Below, one piece after another: positions 1 through 12,651 of a DNA stretch of 64,000 nucleotides. The notes beneath the pieces were generated by a model. It was not told the DNA's origin. It searched no databases and worked only from the letters and a program-made list of their open reading frames with translations. The stretch lies in assembly GCF_964355755.1 (NCBI RefSeq), contig NC_092678.1, positions 21,283,365-21,347,364 of the forward strand, in the 5' to 3' direction. Numbering within the stretch: position 1 is the stretch's first letter; each line of letters opens with the position of its first letter. Origin of the DNA: Antedon mediterranea (Eukaryota; Animalia; Echinodermata). The position numbers and the translations under genes were made by a program.

Positions 1-624
1 TTGACACATTGCAGTATGATGGTGGTACATGTATTTTTATCCATACAGAAGAATATTAATGCTGGAAAGACAATACTACCCACAAAAACATTACGGTACT
101 TTGTCTATTTAGGTTTGAAAAGCGCACATAAACAAATTGAATTGTAAAGGGATCAAAACAAAAATAAAAACCAAAGCAATCATTAGATTTAAGCATTTTA
201 ATAAACTTACTTTTCAGGTATTCTTCTTCAATGTGAATAATCTGTCATAAATGATTATATTTTATTTATGTTATATTAATTATTGGGTACAGTATGCTGT
301 TTTTTAACATTGCTTTCATCAACTTGATAGCTGTCAAATCAAAGAGATTTTACCATCTAACTAATATGTACTGTATAGTTAGGATTTTATTGCAGGACCA
401 CTCCACCTACTGTACTGGTACCAAGACAGATATTCAGAAAATATGGAGTTAATAGTTAATAATTATAATATTTTAATAATTATAATATTTTAATAATATA
501 ATTTTATGTAACATACTTCATTCTCACTTCTGAGGATGGTTACAGTATATTGATCAAAAAGTCTAGAAACAGTTGTTTTCAGGTGTTGTACCGCAAACTT
601 TATATCAATATTAAACATACTTAC

Positions 625-2689
625 ATTATGATATTTCATTAAGTTAACACATTTATCAACATTCTTTTTCGCCTCAACTGGGTCACGTCGTCGCTTTACA
701 AACACTGCTCCGGCGAGCATACTAGCTATTCCAAACGTGAAAGCGTACTGTAGAGATTTTTTAGCGACGATTGTACATCTGGATGGCCAGAACGCAACAG
801 AAGCTGAAAAAGCATGACAGTTTAATTATTAGATTAGATATTTAATGGGTCATACATCCTACTACAGAGCCAAGAAGTAAAAAAAAAACAGGTGGTGGTG
901 TTTTCTTCAGGTTAACAGTGCAGATAAGGAGTGCCTATGTGAGGAGGAATCCACTTTTCGTTCGGAAAATGAATAAATAAAACAATTATGACCGCTTTTT
1001 TGTTACATTTAATATACAACAGTTATCTTTGTAATCTGCAAGAAAATGTGGAAAACTGGAAGCACGATGTTAGGGCAGAGGCGCATCTAAAATACGGGAG
1101 TCTCCTGGCCTAAATGACTCGGTGTGTACAGTAAAATTAAAGAAACATAAAACTATCTTTTAATAAAGCAACCAGATAAAATTCTTTTAATTATGCACAA
1201 TTTAAAAATATAAAAATACAAGTGCTGGTATACCTGCAATATCCATAGTATCTTGATGGTTACTAACGACAATGCATGCTTTATCTGTCTCAAGTATCTC
1301 TCCATTCTCAACTTTAACGTTAATTCCAAACAGCCAATGCGTGTTGAAAAAATCTACAAAAATCCTCCAAAACCTGTAGTAAAAAACAATAAACAAAATA
1401 ATGACGCATTGAATTTACATTTGATTTGGAAGAAGTGTAATCTGGGTTTGGGAGAGCTCGTTACATAATATTGTCAAATTTGTGTATTCATTTTCATAGT
1501 GTTTGATGTTCCATATTATAATAATAGACTCCGTTTAACAAATGGTTTAGTATTTCTTACAAAATTATTAAATAACATTACATGAATTATTTTTTTGTTT
1601 ATTTCAATTACAAAAAAAAATAGAAATGATTCTAAACGTTATTATTATTGTACACATACATATAATTTTATTCAGGTTAAAATTATCAGACCGTTAGGAT
1701 AGAGTGCTCAATACCAAGGTAGAGCATAAATAAATAAATAAAATAACAGCAGAAAACTTTGTTACTTCATTGTTTACATATATTTTTATATTTATTAAAA
1801 CTTGGTTACTTCATTGTTTACATATCTTTTTATATTTATTAAAACTTGGTTACTTCATTGTTTACATATATTTTTATATTTATTAAAACTTGGTTACTTC
1901 ATTGTTTACATATATTTTTATATTTATTAAAACTTGGTTACTTCATTGTTTACATATATTTTTATATTTATTAAAACTTGGTTACTTCATTGTTTACATA
2001 TATTTTTATATTTATTAAAACTTGGTTACTTCATTGTTTACACATATTTTTATATTTATTAAAACTTGGTTACTTCATTGTTTACATATCTTTTTATATT
2101 TATTAAAACTTGGTTACTTCATTGTTTACATATCTATTAATTATTTTACCGGTATACTTGTTTGTATTTATTATACAGTTCTTTTGTCATCTATCCTTGA
2201 GGCAAGTATAAATAGAATAGAACTTGTCAGGATTAGCAATTCCTTTCATTTTTAGTTATTGTATTATATTGACCTTGACACAGATTTTTAATAATGATTC
2301 AGGGACGATTCGGCCCTGAGACTTAATAATCATCGTCGAAACTGGCTAAAGTTAGTGACGATAATATATTAAAAAAACAGATAATTTGACCACCCAAAGA
2401 AATGCCAACTCATTGAATAGGCATTGGGGATATATAAAGTTTGCTTAATTAAAAACTTTAAATAGAGAAGAAGTCTATTTTAAGCCTAAGCATGTTGAAC
2501 TTACCTCATATTTGATTGATCGCCAGGGTTTGGAAGGGATGCGATCGCGACAAACACCGCGATGAATCCATGCCAAAATAACAGTGTAATGTTTTTAGCA
2601 TAGAATTTAAACGTACTCGAAACGTAACACAAGGATATAATTAGCAAAATAACTGCTAACAACATCGAACAAAATTGGTAGAAATCCAT
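625..2689 (-). CDS. 1-acyl-sn-glycerol-3-phosphate acyltransferase (AGPAT1/2-like, LPAAT) paralogue A, 5' part; 3' exons run off the window start
   Basis: Exons 2689-2505, 1373-1234 and 803-625 have GT-AG boundaries and consistent phases. Hydrophobic N-terminus, catalytic NHQDTMD (HX4D) motif, then WPSRCTIVAKKSL..GAVFVKR. Exon layout matches paralogue B. The FPEGTR exon was not found in the window. Confidence 0.88.
1753..2132. repeat. 44-bp minisatellite, about 8.5 copies, in AGPAT-A intron 1
   Basis: Unit TTGGTTACTTCATTGTTTACATATATTTTTATATTTATTAAAAC recurs at 1802, 1846, 1890, 1934, 1978, 2022, 2066 and 2110. Confidence 0.95.
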
Positions 2690-3398
2690 ATTTCTTATGA
2701 TAAAGTCGAGCTTCTAGGCTTACCAAACACGCCCATCTAACGTTGATAAAGTTGCATTTAACGCTTCATTGGTTTTCACAATCACAACTTGAACGCCCTC
2801 TCCATGGCAAAGGTCGTCAAGACCACAGTCGCTCACCGACGTTCTGATTGCTGATTGGATAAAACTCATTAGTGGTATGAATATTAAATTTATTTCCGAC
2901 AAAATGGTCGTAGCACCATGTAAACCATTTAACTGTAACTAATTGATGTGTATATAGATTAATGTTTATTTGAATTATTTTGTTAGCAATTAACAGCATA
3001 AGTACAAAAACAATTCCTTTATCTTGGGTCTTTTTTATATTGATTTTATGTTTTTTTTTAAACATTAAATGATGTCGTATTATTCATTTTGTTATTTAAA
3101 TTTTATATGCGAGAAACATTGTGTAATTATTTAATCTGTTTACATGTATGATGTTAACAAAGTATATAATAGGCAAGTATTGTCATTATTTTTAATTCAC
3201 CTCTGTACTGTATCTCCACATATGGCATAATTATTCCAGTATCATAGGCAACTTCTATAATACAGTGTCACAATGTACCACATGTGGCAACTGTATCTTA
3301 AAGTTAAGTTTGGCTTATGGTCTATTATACAGACCTAACATTATTTGCCTGATACTGAACAATTTATACAGTACCTAGAATTGCTGCCAATGCTCCAT

Positions 3399-3522
3399 AG
3401 TCTAAACTATCAAACAAAATGAACAAAATGTGGCGTACCGTTATATGGACATGATGTCATATCACTACCATATTTGGGCACATCACACTTTTTTTGTCAA
3501 ACTAGTTTGATAGTAGACAGAG
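3399..3522. mobile_element. Family A MITE between the AGPAT paralogues
   Basis: ACTATCAAAC..GATGTCATATCACTACCATATTTGGGCACATCACAC..AGTTTGATAGTAGACAGAG. Confidence 0.75.
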
Positions 3523-4857
3523 TTTAAGACAACAACAAATTATTATATCATTCCACAGAAAAAAAAAGAACAGAATTTGACACATTTTTATCAGTTCAAA
3601 TTTTAATACTTCATTGTTACATACTAAATTTGTTTACTAGTACCAATCACAATTGCACGTTGCAGTGGCAGCCATATTCAATATAGTACAAAATTAAAAT
3701 AATGCATAGTTGTCATTGATATTTGTCACATGTGAGTACATCTAATTGGTGTATCACTGCATTTGCCTAGATACAGTTCATTAATCTGTTACAGAAAGAT
3801 CTGTGGGAATACTGACTTAACTTAATATTTAACATTACATTTTAAAATACACTTACAAATTATTATAACTGATTCCATAAAATTTAAAATGATATACTTA
3901 CAGATTTGATCATCTATTTAATACCAATAAAAAAATACTACTACTAAATACTGGATGTCATAATACTGGTTGTGCTAAAAATATTATTTCACCGATACTT
4001 TCAATAGAAAAAAGATCATTTGTTAGACTTGCTCCAAATGTGTAGTTATATACATATGAAACGCCATGTGTGCCAAAAATATTGATCAACATTAAGTTGA
4101 AATGTAATTTGTATGCATACATTTTTACTTAATTTTATTGTTAAATATGAATAAGACTGGATTTTTTTAATTCTGTGTCTATAAAAAACGTGTGTATACA
4201 TTTTGTAATAAAAAGTTCTTTTTTAATTACACTATTACTCAGTACAAAACAGTTTAATACTAGTTCTATAGCAATAAGAAAGGTACAGTATATACTAATA
4301 ACAACCTAAATTTGTATTTAAAGGCTTCCAACTTGAAGGCTTAGTAGAACTCTTATCAAAATTAAGTTATTATATTGCGTTATTAAACCATTTTATTCAC
4401 CACCATCATTAAACATTAATTTACATCATAAAAAAAAAATTATGTGTTAGAATTAAATTTGTATTGCAAAACATACGGAACTTAAAGGCAAGCAAATTAG
4501 GCAATAATAATACATTTAATAAATAATTGTTTATGGAATGGAATTTATAATCATTTAAAAATAAATTAACGTGTTAAATTATTTCATACTTAAAAACAAT
4601 ATTATTATTTGTTTGTGCTTAAAATAATATGTATAGTTTGGTCTGTCATATATTTTTATACTCAAGATGTGTTCATTATAGTAGAAATTATCATTATGTA
4701 TAGATTTTAAAAGGTGTGCTCATATATCCACTAGTTAAGTACAATTGCCCCATATAAGGTTAAAAGGTTCCATATTTAGGAATGATGTTCCCATATATAG
4801 TAATGATTACCCCTGATACCTTAGTATAAACCCGCAAAACCATATTTTTTCATCTTT

Positions 4858-7391
4858 TTACTGTTCCCGCTCCATTATTTTGGTACCATTCATCTCATTT
4901 GCCTTCCTGTTTGATACCGTGCTTTCATTCTCTACATTGTTTATTCCAACAGGAACTGTTTTCCTGTATGTGGCCAACATGCTTTCCCTAACCTTGTGGA
5001 TTAACTCCGGGACGTCGTCTTCCGTCAATCCCTTCGTTTCAAACGCCGGGAGTCCAATCAAATTTATTGTCACTGCAGTGTAAATAGTAAATTATTTTGA
5101 TTTAAATCGTTAAAAGTGGATGTGGTTGTGTGGACAAAGTGGTGGATGACATCACACTTTTTTTACATACAGTGTCATTAATGATGACATCACAGAGTGG
5201 TGAATGACATCACACTTTTTCACATACAGTGTCATTAATGATGACATCACAGAGTGGTGAATGACATCACACTTTTTCACATACAGTATCATATCATTAA
5301 TGATGACATCACAGAGTGGTGAATGACATCACACTTTTTCACATACAGTGTCATTAATGACAACATCACCATCATGATGACATCACACTTGTATAAATAC
5401 CTTTATTGAATGTCTGTGTTTTTATATTGTACATGTGTTTGTAGCATGACATCACCACAGGAACAATAGGTACCTAGACAAAAGGAATAATAACAGGTTA
5501 ACTAATAGTAACCACTTTTCAAAATGTTAGTGAACTGAAGCTTGTTGGTTAACATGCTTTAGTGACTAACATGCTTAGTGGACATTAGCATTAGTTCTTG
5601 CTTACCAATTCTGGGTACAAATCCTCATTTTTCTCATGGCCAAAATAGTACCACTACCTATGACTTCACTTAAAAATAATAATTCAATAATTGGTGATTT
5701 GTACTAAAATTACATAATTAATATTTGTTGTTTTTTCTCTTTGTTTGAGCAACACCTTTTACCTGAGCTTGTATGGCCATATGGAAAGCACCCTTCTTAA
5801 ACTCTCTCATATCAATATCCATGTTCATGGTTCGAGTCCCTTCAGGATACAACCACAGTTTCAACTAAAAAGAAGGAGGTATCAAACTTTATTTGACAAA
5901 AAAATATGTGCCCATATATAGACATGATAATGTCATACCACAACTATATTTGGGTATATCACTACCATATTAGGAGTTTGCTTTTTAACTGATCTAATAT
6001 ATGAAATGTTTATATGGTAAAAATGAACTTTAACCTTTTCCTCTTGCATCCTTCGTACTACCTCTTGCATACATTTCCTTGATTTTTCTCTATTTTTTCT
6101 ATCAACGAATACAACTCCGCTGAACAGACACCCTAGGCCTAGCGTACCCATATACTTAATGGATTCTTTAGCCAGAATAGTACAGGTTCCCCCGATGTGG
6201 TTCCATACATCAACAAGAGCTAACAGAAAAATAGTAATAAATATAAAATATATTGTGTATAAAAGTGTTTATATTATAAATAATTGTAGGACAATACACA
6301 GGGCTTATATCAGGACATTACACATACCCATTTGGTCCATTTCGCTTTGATGGTTGCTCACTATAACACATGATTCCTCTGTGTTCAGAACTTCCAAATT
6401 TTCACTTTTAATTTCCATATTGAAAAGAGTAAAAGTACGAACAAAGTGTTGTGCGTATCGCCACCATCTGAAAAATCAAATTTCAAACATTGTATTTAAT
6501 GAATATTAGAATCTATCAATATATGATAAACTGTAAAAGATTTTTTATATATTTTTATTATAAAGTTGAAATAGAATTAGTTAAAATCTGGAAAACCATA
6601 TCTATAATTTGAACAGCAAACACTAAAATAATAGTATATTTTTTATTAGAGCTGTTCTTGTTTGTTTTTAACATCAGGTGAGCATGAAGGAATTTAAGTT
6701 TATCAAAACAATCACTGAACAAAGAAGACTTGAAATATTTATTTGACTTAGCAATACAGTACTAACTTTGCCAGTCATTGTTGCCATATTTATTATTTAT
6801 ATTAGGGGAAACGATTAAGATAAGAAATGAGCACGAGATAAAAACAGTTGTTTGACGAATCTAAACTACCTTTTTGATTTTAGTTAAACCAAAATAAAAT
6901 GGGGAAATGTAAACTTAATGGAGTATGCTGAAACTTTAAAATTAATTTATAGCACTACTGCTGCAATCACTAATCATTTTTATGCTATTACTAATTGTAC
7001 TTAAAATAGAAACCATGGAGAGGGTAATTAACATTTGACCTGGAAAAAAACAAAACCATCGTCTGATTATTATCTAGGCCTATCCAAAAAGAAACCAAAC
7101 GTACACCAAAAAGGCCTATTACACGGACCAAATGTAGTGTCGCGCATTATAATTATATAATAATAGACCAGGGTGCCTAGATTAGCGCATGATACCAATG
7201 CTAAACAACACTCACTTCATGTTGCGAACATCACCTGGCCTGGTAAAACTCTTCACACAGACGACAAACCCGATCACTAGAAATATTAATAAAAAACAAA
7301 TGTTCTTGATATGAAATCGCACAGTTTTGTTAAAATAACACAGAGAAGCAAGCAACAGAATAGCAGTTATAAAATAAGCAAGAATCCCCAT
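4858..7391 (-). CDS. 1-acyl-sn-glycerol-3-phosphate acyltransferase (AGPAT1/2-like) paralogue B, complete, 6 exons
   Basis: Exons 7391-7216, 6467-6328, 6219-6035, 5864-5763, 5473-5401, 5072-4858, all GT-AG and in phase. Motifs [43 protein letters not shown], and C-terminal [17 protein letters not shown]. Confidence 0.93.
5140..5390. repeat. About 56-bp tandem repeat (about 4 copies) built on GATGACATCAC, in AGPAT-B last intron
   Basis: Repeated GTGGTGAATGACATCACACTTTTTCACATACAGTGTCATTAATGATGACATCACAGA. Confidence 0.88.
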
Positions 7392-7535
7392 TTTGCTATA
7401 ATTTGGGGAGATAAGAGGAGAACAACAGTCAAAACCACCGAACCGAGAAACTTTATGAATAATGAATGAATGTTTATTTGTAGACGTCGCCCTCTATAAT
7501 ATGTAAGTTTGTAAACGTCGCCCTCTATATATATG

Positions 7536-8284
7536 TGTTATGCGCGATTTGCGCAACTTGAAATTGCGCAAAAAAATCCTTGCGCAATTTGAAATTGCGC
7601 AAAGAATTCTTGCGCAATTTCAAATTGCGCAAGGATTTTTTTGCGCAATTTCAAATGGCGCAAGAAAATCTTTGCGCAATTTTAAATTGCGCTGCACAAT
7701 TTGTAAATTGCGCAAGATAGTTCTTGCGCAATATGACACCTTTGCGCATTTTGAAAACGAACTGTAAATTTTCCCATACATGGCTAGGCTAGGCCTAGGC
7801 AGAGGAGTTTAAAATTTAGTATTTTATTATATAAATAAGACCATTTCAATGAAGATAATGTTTAATACTCACTTTTTAAGTTTTTAATATTAGTTTAAGC
7901 TAGGCCATGTAACCTAGTCAGTATCAGTAGTCCAGACCCTAGCTAGGCTAGAGTAGTATAGCCGTGCCCGCCTGGTGGAACACCACCGCTTCGTTTTCCT
8001 TCGTCGGTTCTTCGACGGTATGCTAACTTATAACAATATTTGCACTACTAAAATAAGGAAATGCGATATTTATCTTTAATTTTGAATCATTCTTAGAAAT
8101 TACTATAAAAATATGGGTGTGCATGATTTCACAATCTGTCGAAAAACCTTGCGCAATTTGCAGATTACTTGCGCAATTTAATACGTTGCTTGCGCAATTT
8201 GAAACACATGTTTCAATTCAAATTACGCAAGGATTTTTTTTGCGCAATTTCAAATTGCGCAAATCGTTCAAAGCGCGCATAACA
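7536..8284. mobile_element. Non-autonomous TIR element with TGT..ACA termini and subterminal TTGCGCAA arrays (Ginger-like?)
   Basis: Termini TGTTATGCGCG / CGCGCATAACA with inverted arrays of TTGCGCAA at both ends. The possible 4-bp TSD is imperfect (TATG/AATG). Confidence 0.7.
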
Positions 8285-9001
8285 AATGTATGAAGCACCT
8301 ATCAAAACAGTGATATTTTAATATTTTATTTGATTCCAATTGTATATTATAATAATTCTTAATCATCTACATATTTGTTTATTCAATCCAATTTTAAATG
8401 CGCAGCTCGTTAAAATCGCGCATTTTGTATTCTTATATAATTAAATTGATACCATCCATACCATCAACTTTTGTTATTTTTCAATTCTTATATAACTTCT
8501 TGGAATAAATTAATAATGACTTAATGTCTGTTTTGATGATTTTCAGAATCTTTAATAAATCATGTTACACATATCATAGCCCCTTTAATTTTATATTTAA
8601 ACTTTAATGCTAAAAAATCAATTAAAATTTTCAAAAAAATAATATGTAGCATAATGGGATTTTCCCTCTTATAGTCGCTTATCCAGACGCTTTGGTTTTA
8701 ATTTGACACAATTATTATGTATAAATAAAGGCATCTGTTCATCAAAAATGTTATAGAATAGTGTAATACTATTTATAAATATGAATACAGTTTTTCCTAA
8801 CTTAAAATAAAAGTCTCATAAAGATTTAGGGTACAATGAATGTAAAAATGTTTGTGGGCAACGTCTGGTTTCAGCCAGCAGGTGATAAAAATAAAAATTG
8901 ATTTCTGTTGTGGATTCGAACGATTTTTCAGTGTGTCGCATTCCGGTATTTCACGTACGCAACTAGGCTAGGCCCAGTTCGGGAAGGAAGAATTTCTTCT
9001 A

Positions 9002-10313
9002 ATGATGATTTTAACTGTAAAAATACTACCAGGCGGAAGAAAAGAATGTTCAATAGAGGTATATAGTATATAGGAATTGAAAGTACATTAATTTATTGAA
9101 AATATATGATATTTAACCTGTTTATTTCGTTTAATTTAGACCACTTCCCGTGAATGGGTTGGTAGCTAAATCACCACCAGCAGACGCTGGTGCTGGCGTG
9201 AGGATGGTACTACTACTAGGCCTAGCTTAGACTTGCCTTCTAGGCCTGGGTATTAGTAGTTAAAACTACTAATGTAATAATATGTTTTTCTTTTGAGGTA
9301 ATGAACCAAGAATCAATTTTATCGGTTAAGAGAATGGTAGCAAGAGAGCTTGATGTTCCTGTCCATCTTCAGAGATTAGTTTTTAGGGGAAAGACTTTAT
9401 CAGGTTGGTATTTGATCCGATTTGAATTGAAATCACAACTTTGCTATTTATTTTTATTATTGTGGTATGTACTTGTCAATTGTATGGCCCACTATACAAC
9501 CCCTGGAGAGCTGCATCATTTGTCCGATGTACGTCATACCTTATTAATAATAATATTATGAATACCATGATGCACCCCTGTGTGATACCCACTATATAAA
9601 ATGTGACCATTATATAATTCTGTCTGTTGTATCCATAATACATTCAAATGAACTTACAGATAGCCTAATTAATTAAATTGAGACAATTATTTTATTGTTA
9701 TTAATTAAATAACCATTGCCCTCTGAATGCAGGTTGGCCATAATATTATAATAATTGGCCACATATATTTCCCCTCGTTTGTTGAAATGTTTCCATTAAT
9801 AGAGGTGTCCCAACCAAGGAGTTTTCTATTGTATTCTGAATTATACTTATATACGTTTTTGTTTTAGATGGATCAGCTTTGAATGACTACAATATAGGTC
9901 CCAATACAAAGATACACCTTGTGGTAAGAAAACCAGAATCTGAAAATGACCCACTAAGTACATCAAAAATAGGAACATCTACAGAATTTTGGGAAAAACT
10001 GCGTTCAAAACTTTGTAAGCATTTTTCACAAGAAGATGCCGAAAAGGTTCTTCATCAATATAAATTGGTAAGGACCCTGTTTTTTAACAATATTTCTAGG
10101 AATTTTTCTTCAATTGTGGTGAGATTTAGAGGTGTCAATATCCTAACCCTATTTATAATAAAAAGTGTACCACTACCTTCACATGAATAATAAAACTCTT
10201 TTTATTTGCAGCAATTTTCTTCAGATCTTAGCAATCTTAGTCTTGGAGACATTGAAAGGTTAGCATTAAAACATGAAAACAAAGACACAGACCAAGCAGG
10301 ACCGTCCAGCTAG
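9002..10313 (+). CDS. UBL4A: Ubiquitin-like protein 4A (GET5/BAG6 complex subunit)
   Basis: Exons 9002-9058, 9298-9403, 9868-10067, 10212-10313. Ubiquitin-like domain (MILTVKIL..QRLVFRGKTLSDG..LNDYNIGPNTKIHLVVR) and C-terminal HFSQEDAEKVL..LSLGDIERLA, typical of UBL4A. Confidence 0.92.
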
Positions 10314-10327
10314 TACATCGCTGACAG

Positions 10328-10481
10328 TTTCTAGGCCTAAGACTCCCAGGGCCTAGAAAAGTGGGAAATTTCTAGGCCTAAGACTCCCAGGGCCTAGAAA
10401 AGTGGGACATTTCTAGGCCTAAGACTCCCAGGACGTGCCTAGAAAAGGTAGACCATTTCTAGGCCTAGACTCCCAGGGCCT
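10328..10481 (+). repeat. About 40-bp tandem repeat (4 copies) of a hairpin unit in the UBL4A 3' UTR
   Basis: Unit TTTCTAGGCC-TAAGACTCCCAG-GGCCTAGAAA-AGTGGGA, with self-complementary 10-bp arms. Confidence 0.88.
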
Positions 10482-11304
10482 CACGATTCAAACTCTCTGG
10501 ATTTCTTGGTTGTTCAGTCTGGTTAACTAAGGTTTAAATCAGCATTGAAGCAACACAAACAATTGTGGTGTTTTGGGCATTTTTATCTTTTTTCACTTAT
10601 TGCCCACTACATCATTTTGGTTTGTATATGTACAGTGTATACTACAATTCCTTTACAGACAGCCATATTTTGTATTAAGTAAACAGAGCATAAGAAATAT
10701 AAGACAGGTATATGTCCTGTCATTACATAAGTATGTTTTGTAGCAAACTTATTTACCAATAGCTTGATGCATACAATGTGCATGAAACATAATTTTTGCC
10801 TGAAAAAATCCATATTTATAATAATAATACTTTATTTTAAAAACTATGTACTACTGGTTTGGATCTGCCAATTGAACATAAAAATGGGTCTGTTTTGCCT
10901 GTATCATAGACGCTAAGCTAATACAGGCGCCACATGATGTAATATTTTACAAATTATGCGAGAGATACAGTACCGACCGTATGTAAACATAGGGGGGTGT
11001 TTTTTAGACCATAAAAAATTCAAGTTAAAATCGAGAACATTAAATGCAAGATTTGTAAATATGCAAATTCACAACTTGCCTAATACATTTTGCGTATTTT
11101 TCAGGCTTAGGATTTTAAAGTATCATGTTTTAGTACACCATAAATACTTACTAAATATTAATAGCTGCAATGTGTATAAAACGGTTGTTGGGTTGATATG
11201 AAAATCCTTGTATGTATTATTATATATTTAAACATTTAATTAAAAACATGATTTTGATTTGATTTCTTATAATTATAGCAGAAGATATTCTCTAATTTGA
11301 GCTA

Positions 11305-11369
11305 AGCTCTGTCTACACTATCAAACTAGTTCAAAAAAGTAAGATGAAGTTTGATAGTATAGACAGAGC
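11305..11369. mobile_element. Internally deleted family A MITE (TIRs only)
   Basis: AGCTCTGTCTACACTATCAAACT..AGTTTGATAGTATAGACAGAGC. Confidence 0.75.
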
Positions 11370-12651
11370 ATTGGTCTATTTATATGATACAATAAATTAA
11401 GATTTAATTTTGATATCTGTCTGATTGTTCGCCTCCTAATTTGAAATTAAACATATACAGGTATTATTAAAAAGCATTTTTAATATTCATAATAGTAAAA
11501 TTAGAAAAAGAAAGATTCTGTTATTATAACAACAAGTCTTTACTATACTTATTTGTAAATACATTTCAACCATGAAAATTGTGTTTTAATTCAATTCAAA
11601 TAGAAAGGATGTTTACTTTTAAAAATTGAATCTTACAAAAATTGGTTCAACCATGTTGGGCGTGGTCTTATACAATTTGGTGGTTATGGAAAATGCAGTT
11701 GTATGTTGTTGTATGATTTTCTTTATAATATTGATATTAAAATAATCAGTAGAACCTCTATTAAGAGGACACTTTTCCGCGGAACAAGCGGATGAAAGAT
11801 ATGTTTCAACACCATGGCCAACCTCTATTAAAGGGACACTTTGTCCTGAAGGTGTCCCCTAATAGGGTTCTGTACTTTATAAATTTAGTGATAATAGTAA
11901 TACTAATTTTCATATTTTAAATCAATAAATGTGTAGTATTTTTTTGTTTTGTATTAAGTACAGTGAACTTTCCTAAGACTTAGCACATTGGGCTAGCCCA
12001 CCCGCAAGAATTTGCAAGCCTTGAGACATTTAATAAAATTGTGGTTTTCGGAGACTACTGTAGAGTATTCTAAAGCTGGTCTGTCTACACTGTCCAACTT
12101 TATGGGATATTTTATGTTTTTCTTGGATGGGGTATGACATCATGTCCATCGCAATTTTTTGTCATAAAGTTTGAAGGGCTTCAGAGTGGGATGGAACCCG
12201 TAGCTGAAGATAAGGCAGCCAGAAGTCATTTCTGGAAAAAGAGATGTTTTGAACCACATTGTCACATTTCTCGATAACTGCATTTTATAATTTCTCATTA
12301 CCACTGAATTCCTTGCCGAAAATAGAATCATATTCATGCATCCTCTTTCAATTTTTCAAATAACTGTTGAGTTGATTACCCTTTCTTTTTATTTGACTTT
12401 ATATCTAATTCTATTTTACACCCATGTTATTGCGTTATAATAGCAGAAATGTTATTACATTTTGACAAACTTTAGCAAAAGCCTGTGTAGTAATTTATAT
12501 GAAATATTGCGTTATTATTCTGTTGTAATTTCAGTAAGAAATATTTTTTTAATATATTGTGGCTCATTTTGTGCAAATCCATTATTCAGTCAGTATGAGT
12601 TAATAAAGAATAGGATAAATATAATTCCACAATTTGTTGTTTCTTATTTAT

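Noticed and set aside
211-241. Possible 31-nt minus-strand mini-exon (CAG..GTAAGT) in AGPAT-A
   Set aside because: It encodes IIHIEEEYLK rather than the expected xKxWxxPEGTR exon and would shift the frame. Unsupported without transcript data.
2296-2360. Hammerhead-ribozyme-like motif CCCTGAGAC..GTCGAAAC
   Set aside because: The core CTGANGA lacks a base, the would-be cleavage triplet is GTG, and stem I is not evident. At most a decayed remnant.
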